Source: Amoebophrya sp. A120 (Eukaryota > Protista > Dinoflagellata). Taken from it: a stretch of DNA of 64,000 bases. Shown here in pieces: positions 1 to 12,300 of this stretch. The position numbers and the translations under genes were made by a program. Each line of letters starts with the position of its first letter. Position 1 is the first letter of the stretch. The stretch is taken from assembly GCA_905178155.1 (NCBI GenBank), contig CAJINV010000012.1, forward strand, positions 2,395,407-2,459,406, read 5' to 3'. The notes under the pieces are model-generated. The model was not told the DNA's origin and searched no databases. It was given only the letters and a program-made list of their open reading frames with translations.

Positions 1-439
1 CTGCCGGGGCTTGAACCGAAACACGGGCGCCCCCCCGGCGCCTGGGGTAGTGTATGAAAGCCTCAGAATGGAAATCCTCAAAATGGAAATAATTTGTGAT
101 GCATGAAATGCAAGGCAAAAAAGACTGTATTGTAGAGGACACAATGGAGGCCGACTATTGTCCTGCTAGGTGTCGTGCAGAATAGGGCTGCTGATTAGCA
201 CGACAGAAGGGCTGCACCCCTTTGCCTAACTAGCACGACAGACACGTTTTGAGTGCCGGGGAAATTTGTCATGCGCCGACTACAAATGGCGCTTCAACTG
301 GAGTCGTTTTTTTGCATTACAAATTACTATTTCCACTTTGAGGATTTACAACCTGAGGTTGTCATATAGTGGAAGCTTGGTCCACCTTCTTCCTGCCGCT
401 CAAACAGGGGGAAGCCTTGCAAGATTCGCAGTTGCCCAT
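1..439 (-). CDS. 5' part of a gene for a putative N-myristoylated/palmitoylated protein (MGNCESC...), runs off the window
   Basis: ATG at 439. Removing introner 53-366 plus one TAGTG gives the open frame MGNCESCKASPCLSGRKKVDQASTTPGAGGAPVFRFKPRQ. Confidence 0.6.
53..366. mobile_element. Introner family F (TATGAAAGCCTCAG...CTGAGGTTGTCATA)
   Basis: Long TIR; DR TAGTG on both sides; inverted paralog at 3526-3831. Confidence 0.9.
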
Positions 440-731
440 CTTCGATTTTTCACACGATATTGTGCTAGACTAACAGGATGTTTCTTTTCTGCAGCAGCTG
501 ATCTTCATCTTCGATGGCAAATAAGTAAATTATTCTATCAATGATCAACATTATTTTCTTCATTCTCTACATCAACTACTAGCATCACACATTAAAAACC
601 AGACAACCGAAAAAGATGATGTGAACTGCAGTGAGCAGACCACGCCCACCACCGGGTACGTACAGAGGGTGATTCTTTAGAATGTGTAAGTATATGAAGA
701 CGCGTCGTGGTCCACAGGAGGCCTTCCGATT

Positions 732-1859
732 TGGAATTATTGCGCGCATCGCAAGCGCTTCCTGCTTGGTTAGTGAAAACAGGCAACAGGTAGGCATAGG
801 CGACGCCGTCCGCGCCGGCCGGGCTCACTGACCAAGCTCCAGGTAGTACTCAAATGCCAAGAAGAACCAAAAAAGATAAAAAAAAGCTGACGGCTCCGGG
901 GCAGGGCATTCACCGCGGCCGAAGAAACTGCTTTTCAGAGGCAAAAAGCAGCACAGGCCTCGACACAGAATGGAACCGCAGGCGCCGTCGGCTTTTTTTT
1001 GATGCAAAAATAAAATCCCACAGGGGAGTTTGAGAAAAAGCACAATAGCAGAGCGAGCAGGTGAACAATAACTCCAAAACGCGTCCTGTGAAAATATATA
1101 CTTCTAGCACAAGCAGGCAGCGCTCTTTCATCGCGCAAGAAAGTAAGGCGCGTGCTAAGTCGTGCCTGTGGGCACTTTCGAAATGCGTGCGCGCGCCGGT
1201 GGCACTTTCGAAATAGGCGGCGCGAGCAATGCTTTGTTTTAAAACGCCCAACAAAGCAACGCGCATCAGAAAAGCTTTTGAGCATTTTCGTGCATCTTCA
1301 TCTTGCGTATTTTCTGCAAAGTCTTCAGAAGCTTTTCAGTCTTCAGAAGATTCTACAGAAGATGACCTTCAGAAGGTCAAAGCTTCTGAAGAATGCGGAA
1401 AAAAGGACGCAAAAAGTTGTCGCTTTGGAGACGCAATTCAAAAACCTTCTGAAGGTTTTCAACCTTCAGAAGGTTGGCCAAAATTGCGACACTTCACTGC
1501 CTTTTTTTGTCTAAAAAGTCGGAAAGCCTTCTGAAGGTCAAAAAAGTGCCACCTTCTGAAAGTTTTCAACCTTCAGAAGATTTCAAAACGGTCACTTTTC
1601 ACCTTCTGAAGGTTTTTTTGCTCATTTTCTATTTTTTTCTTCTGAAGGTCAAAAAAAACCTTCTGAAGGCGTGACCTTCAGAAGAAAAAAATGCTCATGG
1701 TTAAACCGATGGCATGCTCGCTCAAAAAAAAGAGGCTTTTTTCCGTTTCTTCTGAAGGTTCCAGTGATGATTTTGGACCTTCAGAAGACCTTCAGAAGAA
1801 AAGGCTTCTGAAGGTTCAGCAGCACTTTTGACAAGCCTTCTCCTTATAGTTATTAGATT
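732..1859. mobile_element. 1.13-kb insertion flanked by a 39-bp direct repeat, containing a CTTC(A/T)GAAG palindrome cluster
   Basis: 693-731 equals 1860-1898; the paralogous region near 7379 has one copy and no insert. Confidence 0.6.
1320..1815. repeat. Cluster of about 17 CTTC(A/T)GAAG interrupted palindromes
   Basis: Repeated cttcagaag/cttctgaag, often extended to accttc.gaaggt, with irregular spacing. Confidence 0.85.
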
Positions 1860-3092
1860 TATGAAGACGCGTCGTGGTCCACAGGAGGCCTTCCGATTAG
1901 TCTACTGTTGTTTTATCTTGACAATATTAAACACCTACTTAGTGGCGCTGCAGTACTTTTTAGCTTTACTACACTGAACTATTATATTGCATTTTTGGTT
2001 AGCCAAGAGTCTTGATCTGCTTCTTCCCACACGCAGCACGAGGACTTGATTGCTCTTCATAGTATGTTTTTATAGTGGCAGTTCCTCTACTGCTGCTCGA
2101 CCGAGGGCGCAAGCCGCGGCGCGGCACCGATTTCTGCTTCTGCTTTTGGTGTCAGTACTTATAATTTGCTTCGCGTCTTTTATGCCACGATGCCAGTGCT
2201 TTCTTCTTGGTTGATATTCATCTTCGATCAAACCGACTAAATCAAGATGAGCTTGTTCTTGAGCTGCTTTGTTTCTTATCATCACTGGTGCAAAACGACC
2301 TCTCTTCAACTTCATCGTCCACCGAGATAGTGACAGCTTTCTTCATGCTCGTCTTGGGTCTGTTTGCCGCGGTTTCATAAATGTCACCAGGAAAAAAAAC
2401 TCGTTCATCACTGACTACCGACATCAATATCAAATTTAAAAATGCGATCATAGGCTTCCGGAGATTGATGTGAACAATGCCGGGAGGTCCTTTGGTACTA
2501 GAAGTTCGTAGATTATTTGACGAGCTTCTCCTTGTGGTCCTTGCCGGATATTGGAGATTTCAACTCTTCAAATTAAGGACACAGCCCGAACATACAAGTA
2601 AGTAGATGCTTCTACTTATTTTCATCGGAATCATTTTTATTATTGTTTTCGGGTGAAGAGACTGCAACTCCCGATCTGCTCTGTGAATTCGTAAATCTGA
2701 AGTTGGCCGCCCCCTTGTGCGGCGCCGCAAGATGAAAGCGACGGCACACAGGTGGCCAGTATACAAAATTGTGAACTGTGGTTGTACTCTTTATTCTTAT
2801 TTGTTTTTGTCCTTCTTCATCTACTTCGGGATGACAGAACTAGAGCTGATGCGTTTTTGTCATCTGGCGGACGAGCCCGCAAGCAGCACTATTATGCATC
2901 TTCTCCCGCAGAAGTTCTAGGAGTCAACAATAGATAAAACAAACTGAGGCAGGAGTCCTACGAAGGCCTGCTGCTCAGTCAATGCACAAAGTAGGACGAG
3001 ATGTCTTGCTCTCGCTGTCCTCCTGCTCGTGCGACGATCCGGCCTCATCATCACCGGTCGTGGCTGCAGCTGCTCTGGGGAAGTAGCGCCAT
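1860..3092. repeat. Diverged segmental duplication, copy 1 (with about 600-731); copy 2 at about 7290-8632
   Basis: Colinear similarity with many indels; degenerate parallel ORFs (2070-2315 vs 7596-7829). Confidence 0.85.
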
Positions 3093-3275
3093 GCGGCTTC
3101 TTGTTCATGCGTGAGGTCTCATTCTACTTGTACGGGTGTAAGATAACTTGGCTCGTTTTTTTTTTTCCTGGCCATGCGTCGCGGCCTTTCCGGCTTTAAC
3201 TTCCAAACCGCTTTTTGCCTTTCAGCAAGAGTATATTATGTCAGCGCCTTGTAGAAGTAGTTGCTGCCACCTACA

Positions 3276-3440
3276 TATCCTGTGCAAAAGTATCGCACTC
3301 GTATTGCAGTCATGCGCTGCAAAAAATCCTTTTGCTAAGGTACTTGAATCCGCGCTACAAATTTTATATTTATTTCTCACACTGAGGAAATAATTTGTAT
3401 ATGCATTTATACGAGTGAGATATTACTTTTGCAGTTCCTA
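3276..3440. mobile_element. Introner family A (TATCCTGTGCAAAAGTATCG...TACTTTTGCAGTTCCTA)
   Basis: DR CTACA; sits at the stop codon of the upstream gene. Confidence 0.85.
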
Positions 3441-6217
3441 CTACAAGGCGGTTGCCGGCGCGTTACCAGCGGACGAGACCTCCTCGGCGCCGAGCGGCGT
3501 CGGCGTGGACGCCGCAGCGTGTTCATATGAAAGCCTCAGGTTGGAAATCCTCAAAGTGGAAATAATTTGTAATGCAAAAAAACGACGCCAGCTGAAGCGC
3601 CATTTGTAGTCGGCGCATGACAAATTTCCCGGGCACTTGAAGCATGTCTGTCATGCAGGTTAGGGCAAATGGGTGCCTTTCTGTCGTGCTAAGCAGCACT
3701 CCAATTCTTCATCCCTAGCAGGACAATAGTCGGCCTCCATTGCGCCCCCTACAATACAGTCTTTTTTGCGTCGCATTTCATGCATCACAAATCATTTCCA
3801 CTTTGAGGGTTTCCATTCTGAGGCTTTCATAGTTCATCGTGCAGAAAGTTGATGCCTTTTTGTTCTGCCTGAGCCTGTTCTTGCAGAAAGCTCTTGATCG
3901 TTCTTGGGGCCGCGTCCCGCTTCCGCTTCTCGGCGCCGGCGGTGGCAGCTGCGATTTCGCGATCGTGCCAAATCTTCAAAGCCGCCAGCGCCGTTCCAGC
4001 AGCGACGGAGACAATCAATCCCCCCACGGAGCGATTCCGATTGGTTGTCGTCGTCGTCGTCGTCGTTGTCATCCCGCACTCAATTGCTTTAGGGTCTAGC
4101 GGGTTCTTTTCCCCTTTGTAGCACTTCCCGTCGCAGTCGTACGTCAACTTTTCTCCGTCGGGCTTTACGCAATGCGTAAAGCTAAAGTCCCCGACGCAAG
4201 TCGAGCCAGCCTATGACAGCGCACGAACCCCCTCTCCCTCATTAATATTTACATTGCTTGACTTCCGGGCTCTGGTCCCGCCTACCCCCCGGCGACAGGT
4301 GACCTTGACAGGTGACCGTGACAGGTGACCATGACAGGTGACCTCGACAGGTGACCTCGACAGGTGACCTCGACAGGTGACCTTGACAGGTGACCTTGAC
4401 AGGCGACCCTGACAGGTGACCTTGACAGGTGACCTTGACAGGTGACCTTGACAGGTGACCTTGACAGGTGACCTTGACAGGCGACCCTGACAGGTGACCT
4501 TGACAGGTGACCTTGACAGGTGACCTTGACAGGTGACCCGGACAGGTGGCCGCGACAGGCGGGGCGAGAGGATAAAGCAAAGGCGAGACCAGCGCCTGGA
4601 CGCAAATATTTATTTATTTTCCACGCCAAATGCCGACGGGAAAATGAAAAATAAATTAAAAGCGCCAAAAAAAAATGCGACGCACAAAATGAAAAAGATT
4701 AAAGCTGCAACACAACCTGCCTCCATAAACAAAGAAGTCTTTGCGTTGCCATGCAAAAATAAAAAAGCGGCTATCTCTGCAATGCACGGCCAGGAGACAG
4801 CTGCTTACTTTGCTCTGTGGAATCGGAAGGCGTTGCGCTTCAATGTTAGAGAACTTTTTTGCAGCAGCCACACAGAGATATCTACTCTGCTTCTATTTTT
4901 GTTTTTTCTTGCAAAATGCAGGGCGCCTAATTCGCCCTTTTTCCACGACTAGCGCTTCGTGCACTGAGCCAATACGCGCGCGCCTGGTGTGAGGCGAGGG
5001 GCGGACGCTGTCCGCCCCGATGCCGAACACCCTTCCCCCACTAGCGTTTCGCGCACTAAGCCACTACGCGCGCGCCTGGTGTGAGGCGAGGGGCGGACGC
5101 TGTCCGCCCCGATGCCGAACACCCTTCCCCCACTAGCGCCACTAGGGACGAGCACAAGGCCCCAGCGTGGGGACCCTGTCCCCACGCGTGGACCTTGTTT
5201 GTCATGCGTAACAGACTGCGCGACTGAAGCCCGGGGGGGTGCGGGGTCCGAGGGGCGCGCAATGCACTGACCGGAACACCAGAATGAGGGGTGCACAATG
5301 CACTCCCTCATTTGTCATGCAAAAACCCAAATCCAGACAGTTCCAGTTGCAGCTACTTTGTGGCACCGCGTCCGTGCATGACAAATTTCGAAAATCCAAA
5401 CAGTACTACATCACTCGGCGCATGAACTTGCCATGCCAAGGGTGGTCCACGTGTGCCGGTGTTTGGAATGCTGTGGATGCCATACAAATGAGGGGGAGGG
5501 GGGTCGTGCACTTTCTTACAGAGGCCGTCTGGCAGGTAAACTTTACAGTCACATTACGCCCCAGGATTTCCCTTCTTATGCATTGCACGTATATCAGGGT
5601 CGGGAAGAATGCAAACGTTTGTCATCATGCATTTTCTAGATCACGACACTGAGTGATGGTCTCTACTGCATGCAACTACAGTATTTCAGGTTTTGCGCAG
5701 GCCTTCTGATACCTGTTCCGCATGAGAAGTTCTCTACTTGCGTACGTAAAAGATAGATTTAGATGCGCAGCTTTTCTTGGCGCTCATGTAAGACAAGTAT
5801 TTGAATTTGCGTGATCCAGATTTTGCATCACAGGTTGGAACTCTTCCAGATCCAGACACAGACATGAACATGTTTGCATTTGATAGCCCAGCACTTGTGG
5901 TCAAGATTGCGCGGCTCAAAGTCGTTGACGCACGGATGGGAGTCGTCGGAGACGGACTCGGCTTCGCCCATAAAGGACGTTGCAGGCGAAGCAGCTTCCA
6001 GCGCCACCTTCCGCTGGGCGGTAGAAGTGCCTGTAGAATTATCAATATCAAGATCATGAGCAGTCGGATACGGATAGCGCAAGAGAAGCACAGAGCTGAG
6101 CTTGAGACTGGTCGCATTGATGCTGCTAGTCGTGGCACTATCCCCAACAAGAACAATCAAAGGCCGCAACTTTCCAAGCGGATTCACCGCTAAGCATAGT
6201 CGTGCGCGCAGTGTCAT
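3441..6217 (-). CDS. Putative single-pass membrane protein (Cys-rich ectodomain, Thr stalk, TM segment), 3 introners
   Basis: Spliced frame ...KFTCQTASGSTCVGDFSFTHCVKPDGEKLTYDCDGKCY...TTTTTTTTT...GGLIVSVAAGTALAALKIW...HDEHAAAS...TAL*. Start codon uncertain. Confidence 0.6.
3526..3831. mobile_element. Introner family F
   Basis: TIR TATGAAAGCCTCAG; DR GTTCA; removal restores the frame. Confidence 0.9.
4242..5197 (+). mobile_element. Non-autonomous Helitron-like element H1
   Basis: Inserted at A|T of host CCCTCA|TTTGTCATGC with no TSD; 5' TTAATATTT; 3' hairpin GCGTGGGGAC-cct-GTCCCCACGC (5165-5187) then GTGGACCTTG. Confidence 0.75.
4294..4560. repeat. 13-bp tandem repeat GACAGGTGACCTT, about 20 copies
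   Basis: Read directly from the sequence. Confidence 0.95.
5577..5885. mobile_element. Introner family B, degenerate
   Basis: TAT...ATA ends with CCAGACACAGAC subterminal motif; DR eroded but removing 5 nt keeps the frame. Confidence 0.7.
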
Positions 6218-7149
6218 GCAAAGAAAATTGGCACACCAAAAACAGAAGACGCTCTATGCGATCTGGAGTGACGGAACTTTCTAACACCGGCACGGAAAGC
6301 GCCCCGCGGAAAAAAGTATCGCCGTCCCGCACAAGGGACCGACAACGGGGAAAATAAATGGCGCGCGCGCGATGTTTCATCTTGTCCTCTCCAATAATAT
6401 TTATAAGTATATTGGAAAGCGAAAGGACAAGAAGTTTGAGCTTCCTGTGTTATGATTAAGTTATAACACTACAGAAAACGGCGGGCCGCGTGCGCGCCGT
6501 GGGCCGCGGGCGGCAGAAGTAATAAACTCCGCTTGTGCAGCAGCCACCTAAGGCAAACGCAAGGAAATTCTATCAGGCCGCACTCTGGGGGGGTGCTGCA
6601 TGACAAACAACACTCTACCGCCATCCTCCTAAGAAAGACGCCTGCGCCTTGTATCCCTCTGGCTAAATAATCGGAGCTCCGGAGTTGTGGATGTCGCCGA
6701 CTGCGACACTCATAAGGCCGCGCGCTTTCCAGGCTGCAAGTAGATCGATGCATTTCTCCTTGCAGGTGGTCGTAGTAACGAAAGCAGCGCTGCATTTCAA
6801 AAAAGCACTCACATCAGTAGACGTAGCTCTTTTGCAGCAGCCACCTTAGAGAAAGGAGCGGTCGCTATCTTTATCTATTCGATCTGGAGTGGTATACTTT
6901 TTAGCTGTACCTTCTTGCGAATGCTCCGTCGTATGAGGAACCGGCGGCACCACGATCACACCACTGGCGGTGGTGGAGAAATTCGCTGCGGCTGCCATCA
7001 GCGCTGCGGTGATAGTCTTGCTCCACAGCATGGTCAGCGTGGAGCGGGGAGGGTGTAGCTGTAGTTCTTGTTGTACCTACGAGGATGCTGCGCGACCGGT
7101 AGCCGTGGCGAAGTACTTTTTAAGGGGGAGCCCAAGTTCTTGCACTAGG

Positions 7150-7257
7150 TAAGGCGGATTCTCAGCATGAGAAAGAAAATTTGTAATGCGGATTTACCTT
7201 TAAAAAAAATTTGTAATGCATATCTGCAATACAAGTGCGATACTTTTACAATGCATA
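7150..7257. mobile_element. Truncated family A introner
   Basis: Right end CGATACTTTTACAATGCATA present, left TIR missing. Confidence 0.6.
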
Positions 7258-7289
7258 GTCGTGCTGTTGAGCGCTTCGATTCCTGCAAA

Positions 7290-8632
7290 AGACAACCGAA
7301 AAAGACGATGTGAACTGCAGTGAGCAGACCACGCCCACGGGGTACGTACAGAGGGTGATTCTTTAGAATGTGTAAGTATATGAAGACGCGTCGTGGTCCA
7401 CAGGAGGCCTTCCGATTAGTCTGTTGTTTTATTTTGACAAACACCTACTTAGTGCTGCAGTATTTTTCATTAGCTTCACTTCTACATTGCTCTTAGATTG
7501 AATTTACTGGATTATACTGGTTGGCCAATCTTGATCTGCTTTTTCCGACGCACAGCAGGCGCGCGAATTGTCCCTCATATTGAATATGTTTTTACTTATA
7601 GTAGCAGTTCCTCTACTACTGCTTCTCGACCGAGGATGCAAGCCGCGGCGCGGCACCGAGTTCTGTTTTTGGCGTAAGTACTTACTTCCTCCGCGGTTTT
7701 TATGCCATTACGCCAGTGCTTTCTTCTTGGTTGATATTCATCTTCGATCAAACCGAAATCAAGATGAGCTTGTTCTTGAGCTGCTTTGTTTATGTTTATC
7801 ATCAGTGGTGCAACACGACCTCTCTTCATCGTCCACCGAAATAGTGACAGCTTTCTTCATGCTCGTCTTTGGTCTGTTTGCCGCGGTTTCATTTGAAGAT
7901 GTCGCCAGGAAAAAAAACTCCTTCATCACTGACTACCGACATCTAGTTCAAAAATGCGATCATAGGCTTCTGGAGGATTGATGTGAACAATGCCGGGAGG
8001 TCCTTTCGTAGAAGTTCGTAGATTATTTGAGGAGCTTCTCCTTGTCCTTGCCGGATAGAGACATAATTTTACTTCACCTCTTCAAATTAAAGACAGCACA
8101 GTCCGAGCATACAGGTTAGTAGATGCTTCTACCTACTTTATTCGGGATCATTTTTATACATTATTTTCGGGTGAGACTGCAACTCCCGATCTGCTCTGTG
8201 AAAGGAGTCGATTCGTAAAGCTGAAGTTGGCCGACCTCGTTGTGCGGCGCCGCAAGATGAAAGCGACGGCACACAGCTGGCCGGTATACAAAATTGTGAC
8301 GCAGTGCTCCTATTTGTAGTTCTTCATCTACTTCGGGATAAGTGAGACGACAACACTAAAGCTGCTGATGCGCTTTTGTCATCTGGTGGACGAGCCCACC
8401 AACAGTAGTATGCATGTTCTCCCGCAGCTCTAGGAGTCAATAATAGATAGACAAAACTAACAAACTGAGGCAGTCCCACGGAGTCCTGCTGCTCAGTCAG
8501 CGTACAAGTTAGGGCGAGAGGTCTTGTTGTCGCTGTGGTCGCTGTGTCCTCCTGCTCGTGCGACGATCCGGCCTCATCATCACCGGTCGTGGCTGCAGCT
8601 GCTCTGGGGAAGTAGCGCCATGCAGCTTCTTC
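7290..8632. repeat. Diverged segmental duplication, copy 2
   Basis: Matches about 600-731 plus 1899-3092. Confidence 0.85.
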
Positions 8633-8949
8633 CTTTCTTATAATGCGCCAGATGATGGACAAGAAATCGATCACTAAGAAGAACCGACAAATCTTGAAGA
8701 TCTAAAACTTATCGGGCATGAAGCAGCGAACAGAGCGCGGCCCGGGAGGTCCTCATCACTTTCTACCAGGGGCTTGTGACTTGTTTACATCATGTACAGC
8801 CGACTCACATGCTTCCTGATACTTTTCAGGAACCAGCACAATCAATATCAGGATCCTTGTTAGCAGGGTACAAATCTATACAGCATTTGCTTGCAGTTGT
8901 ACCAGAGCCAGATTCTTGGAGTTCTTGTTCTGTAGAATATGAATATCAT

Positions 8950-9175
8950 TATCATACGAAGAAAGTGTTTCTCTGAGGAGATTTTGCAAGTTTTGCATCT
9001 TCACAAGTTTGCTCTACATCTTCACAAAAAGAAATTGCCATGCGAGCTTTCCAAGGGAAAATAAGCCTAAAAGCTCATGGTCTTGCACCATATGTAGCAA
9101 GGCAAATACTTCTGCGGGAGCGGGATACATGTTCTGCATTACAATTTCACAGCGAAACATATTTTTCTTACGATA
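8950..9175. mobile_element. Degenerate introner, family M-like
   Basis: TATCATACGAAGAAAGTGTTTC...GAAACATATTTTTCTTACGATA, similar to 50338-50546; DR unclear. Confidence 0.55.
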
Positions 9176-9393
9176 CAGAATCAGAAAATCATCTTCCGCG
9201 ACCCCCGTGGTCGTGATCTTCAAGCGGGAAAGCCAATTCCCACTTCTCGTCCAAAGAGAAGAATGCTGCTGCTGCTAGTTAAGAAGTAGTATCAGAAGTC
9301 TGGTCAAAAGAGACACCTTTTGCTTTTGGCAGCTCAAAAGTTCTTGTAGTTACCATGTTGCGCTTCTGCTACTACAAGAAGTTCTCCTGTTGA

Positions 9394-12300
9394 TTATGAT
9401 TTCAAATTCATATTCAGGAAGTCGGAGTGCAGCAACAGGTCCTCCGCATACGGCCGGAGCTTATGGTCTATGAATTGCAAAACAGTATCGCACTTGTATA
9501 AATGCATTTAGATTTATTACAAATTTCCTCTGCGTGAGAAATAAAATTTGTAACGCTGACTCAGACTCACCTTAAAAAAAAGATTTGCAATGCATGACTG
9601 CAATACGAATGCGACACTTTTGCGATGCATATGGTCCCTCTGGAGGCATTTTTGAAGAAACTCCACGGCAACCAGGCTCGCAGCTGTTGTATTAGCTGAA
9701 GACTTTTCTGCAGGAGGTGGAGTAGTTGTGTTGCTGAGCGCTTCGATTCCTGCAAAAGGCGGCATCTCTGCACTGGAAACGATGTACTGTTATGTACTGC
9801 AAAAGTATCGTACTAGTATAAATCGCATGACAAACTACTAGCTCAGCATGAGAACAAAAGGAATTTGTCATGCTGATTTACCTTAGGATGCAGATTTGTA
9901 ATGCATGAGCATGACTGCGATTACTACGAGTACGATGCTTTTGCACAGGATAACTGTAGAGCTTCCGCGATGCTCCATATGCGACGACTCTCAAGCGTTA
10001 CATTCTCAGCTGTTTATTTTACAAGATTTGTCATGCAGACTGAGCATCAACATCCACACGTCGAGCAAGCTACCTCGCATGACAAATTTTGGAAATAGGC
10101 TATAGCAGCACCGAAATCTGTGCGGTGGAATTTGTATATGCTATAGATCCGACCTCCCTTCTTTGACTTTCACTTTGATGCCATTCTTGCATTACAAATT
10201 CATGTAACAGTAGAGAATGTAGTAACACTTGAGAACTCCATACTCCAGCTGCTCGCTTTCGGGTGGAGGCTCCATGGGTTATCAAATGTAAAAGTGTCTG
10301 GGTCTGGAAGAATGCAAGATTTGTGATGCAGGTGTTCCATGACCCATGAGGTCTGGAATGCGAGACCCAGCATAACAGACTCCTTGAAGTCTCTATCAGG
10401 CCTTTCCTGCATGAGAAACTCCCTCTCAACTTGGTCAAAAACGGACAGCTTTTGGCACTCACGCAACACAGATTTTTGCATCATTTAGATTTAGGCTTAG
10501 CGTGACAAGTTCTATATCTTGTTCCAGACCCAGACATTTTTGCAGTTGATATGGGTGGGCAGCGATGAGCATCTCGATCATGGTGCAACCGACGGACCAA
10601 ATATCGCATATGGCGTTCTCAACTGTTACATTCTCAACTGTTACATGAATATGTGATGCAAGAATGGCAAAAATGAAAGGAGGGAGCTTGCGCGTCTCGC
10701 ATGACAAATTTGGCGCAGATTCTCAGCCTGTTTGGCTCTTCGGGAGTTTGTCATGCGGGGCAGCTTCATCATGATCATCATCATGTAGTGGACACCCGCA
10801 CCCAGCGCCACAGGTCAAGGATCCCCTCCCCGGGGGGGTGACGAGCTTGATCGTGTCAATTCTGATTGCAATTTTGCATGACAAATCATGTAAACAGTTG
10901 AGAATGTAACATTTGAGAACTCCATATCGCACCGCCGCCCGATAATTCCGGTAACGGTTTCCGGTGCCATCCAATACACGGAGTGTGGCACGGTAAAACT
11001 GACTACAACACTGATCGCTGTTACAGGATTTTGTCATGCAAATCCAGAAACTGTAGTTGCGAAAGCTGCGATAGGGGGCAACTAGAACTCCTTGCCTGAG
11101 CCTGTCTTAGTCTTCTTGCAAGCAATACTATCGATTTTCGCACAGGTCGTTTCAATGCTGTTGTCTGTTGAGAAAATTCTGCAAAATTAGCCTGTTTCAT
11201 CTTGATCTTACGGAATGCGATAATCATTCCTTCGTTCAACATGTTCTTATCACAGCGAACGATGTCAGTCACGCTTGTGAACGTCGCCATACGGAACCTG
11301 ATTTGCTTTTTTTCGAATCAACCAAACAAATACTACCACAACATCAGATTACGACGATATCCGATGAAACACGACCCCACCGGGAGCCTCTTTCGCACAC
11401 ACATCCACCTAAAATTTACTAGCTTTTCCTTTTACTTCGACTAAGCCCCGCGAGGAGAGGCTAAATCCGCACGAGGAGAAATAAACCTAAAACCGCAGCA
11501 ATTTTGAATTCTATGCCTTTTATCATTGTCGTCGAGAACGAGATTTGGCGAAACTATAAAATTTTATTTTTATTGAAGATAAAAAGTAAATGCATTCAGT
11601 CGCAGCATTTGCATTTGTTTAGCAGCCAAATCTTCTCGACAACGGTGCACTGGTCGCACGCCAATGGATGCGCATGGTTTCGATTTGGCCCCTCTCCCAA
11701 AATCCGCGAAATTTCAAAATTTTATTTTCATTGTGTTGCAATTCACTTTTCTAAACAATATTCGCGCTTGTCGCCCAACGCCCCTGATCCGCGAAATTTC
11801 AAAAATTTATTTTTATTGGTTGCTGAAATCCGCGAAATTTTAAAAATAAATTTTTATTGACTGCCAAAATCCGCATAATTTCAAAATTTAACTTTTATCG
11901 CTTTGACTTTGTAACAGAGAACAACACTAAGGCCACATGTGCGTGACGATCTTGATATGCTTGGTGTACATACTACTGGGGGGAGACCACGTAGTTGCAC
12001 CGCTAGTACACATCACAAAAATGAAGAACATAATCCGGCTGGTAATCAAAATCGTTGGGAAGGTGCGGAGGGGAGGCCGGTAAGGGCAGTGGGCTTTCAA
12101 AAGCTTTACTCATGGTGACGATAGGTCCATCTTCTTCTTCATGCACCAACAATTCTGATAATTACGTACCTTTGATCGACTTCATTTCGCCACTCAGGGT
12201 CGCGTGCAAGGAGGCCAGTTGACGGCATATCCTGAGTAAAAACGTCCCCACACTGTCATGCAGATTCGCAATGACAAAAACATTTGTAATGCGCATCGCC

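Larger units (their letters stand above)
4212..5518. mobile_element. Introner family K (TATGACAG..GCAC) carrying a nested Helitron-like element
   Basis: Ends match 16506-16740; DR CAGCC/CAGAG; removal restores the frame. Confidence 0.75.

Noticed and set aside
4242-4668. ORFs with VTCQGHLSRSP repeats, and similar ORFs at 24008-24897 and 28583-29275
   Set aside because: Open frames arise from stop-free tandem repeats inside Helitron-like inserts.
11380-11395. Alternative kinase microexon AG|GCTCC
   Set aside because: 11292-11297 fits better: CAG acceptor, TAT element end and matching DR.
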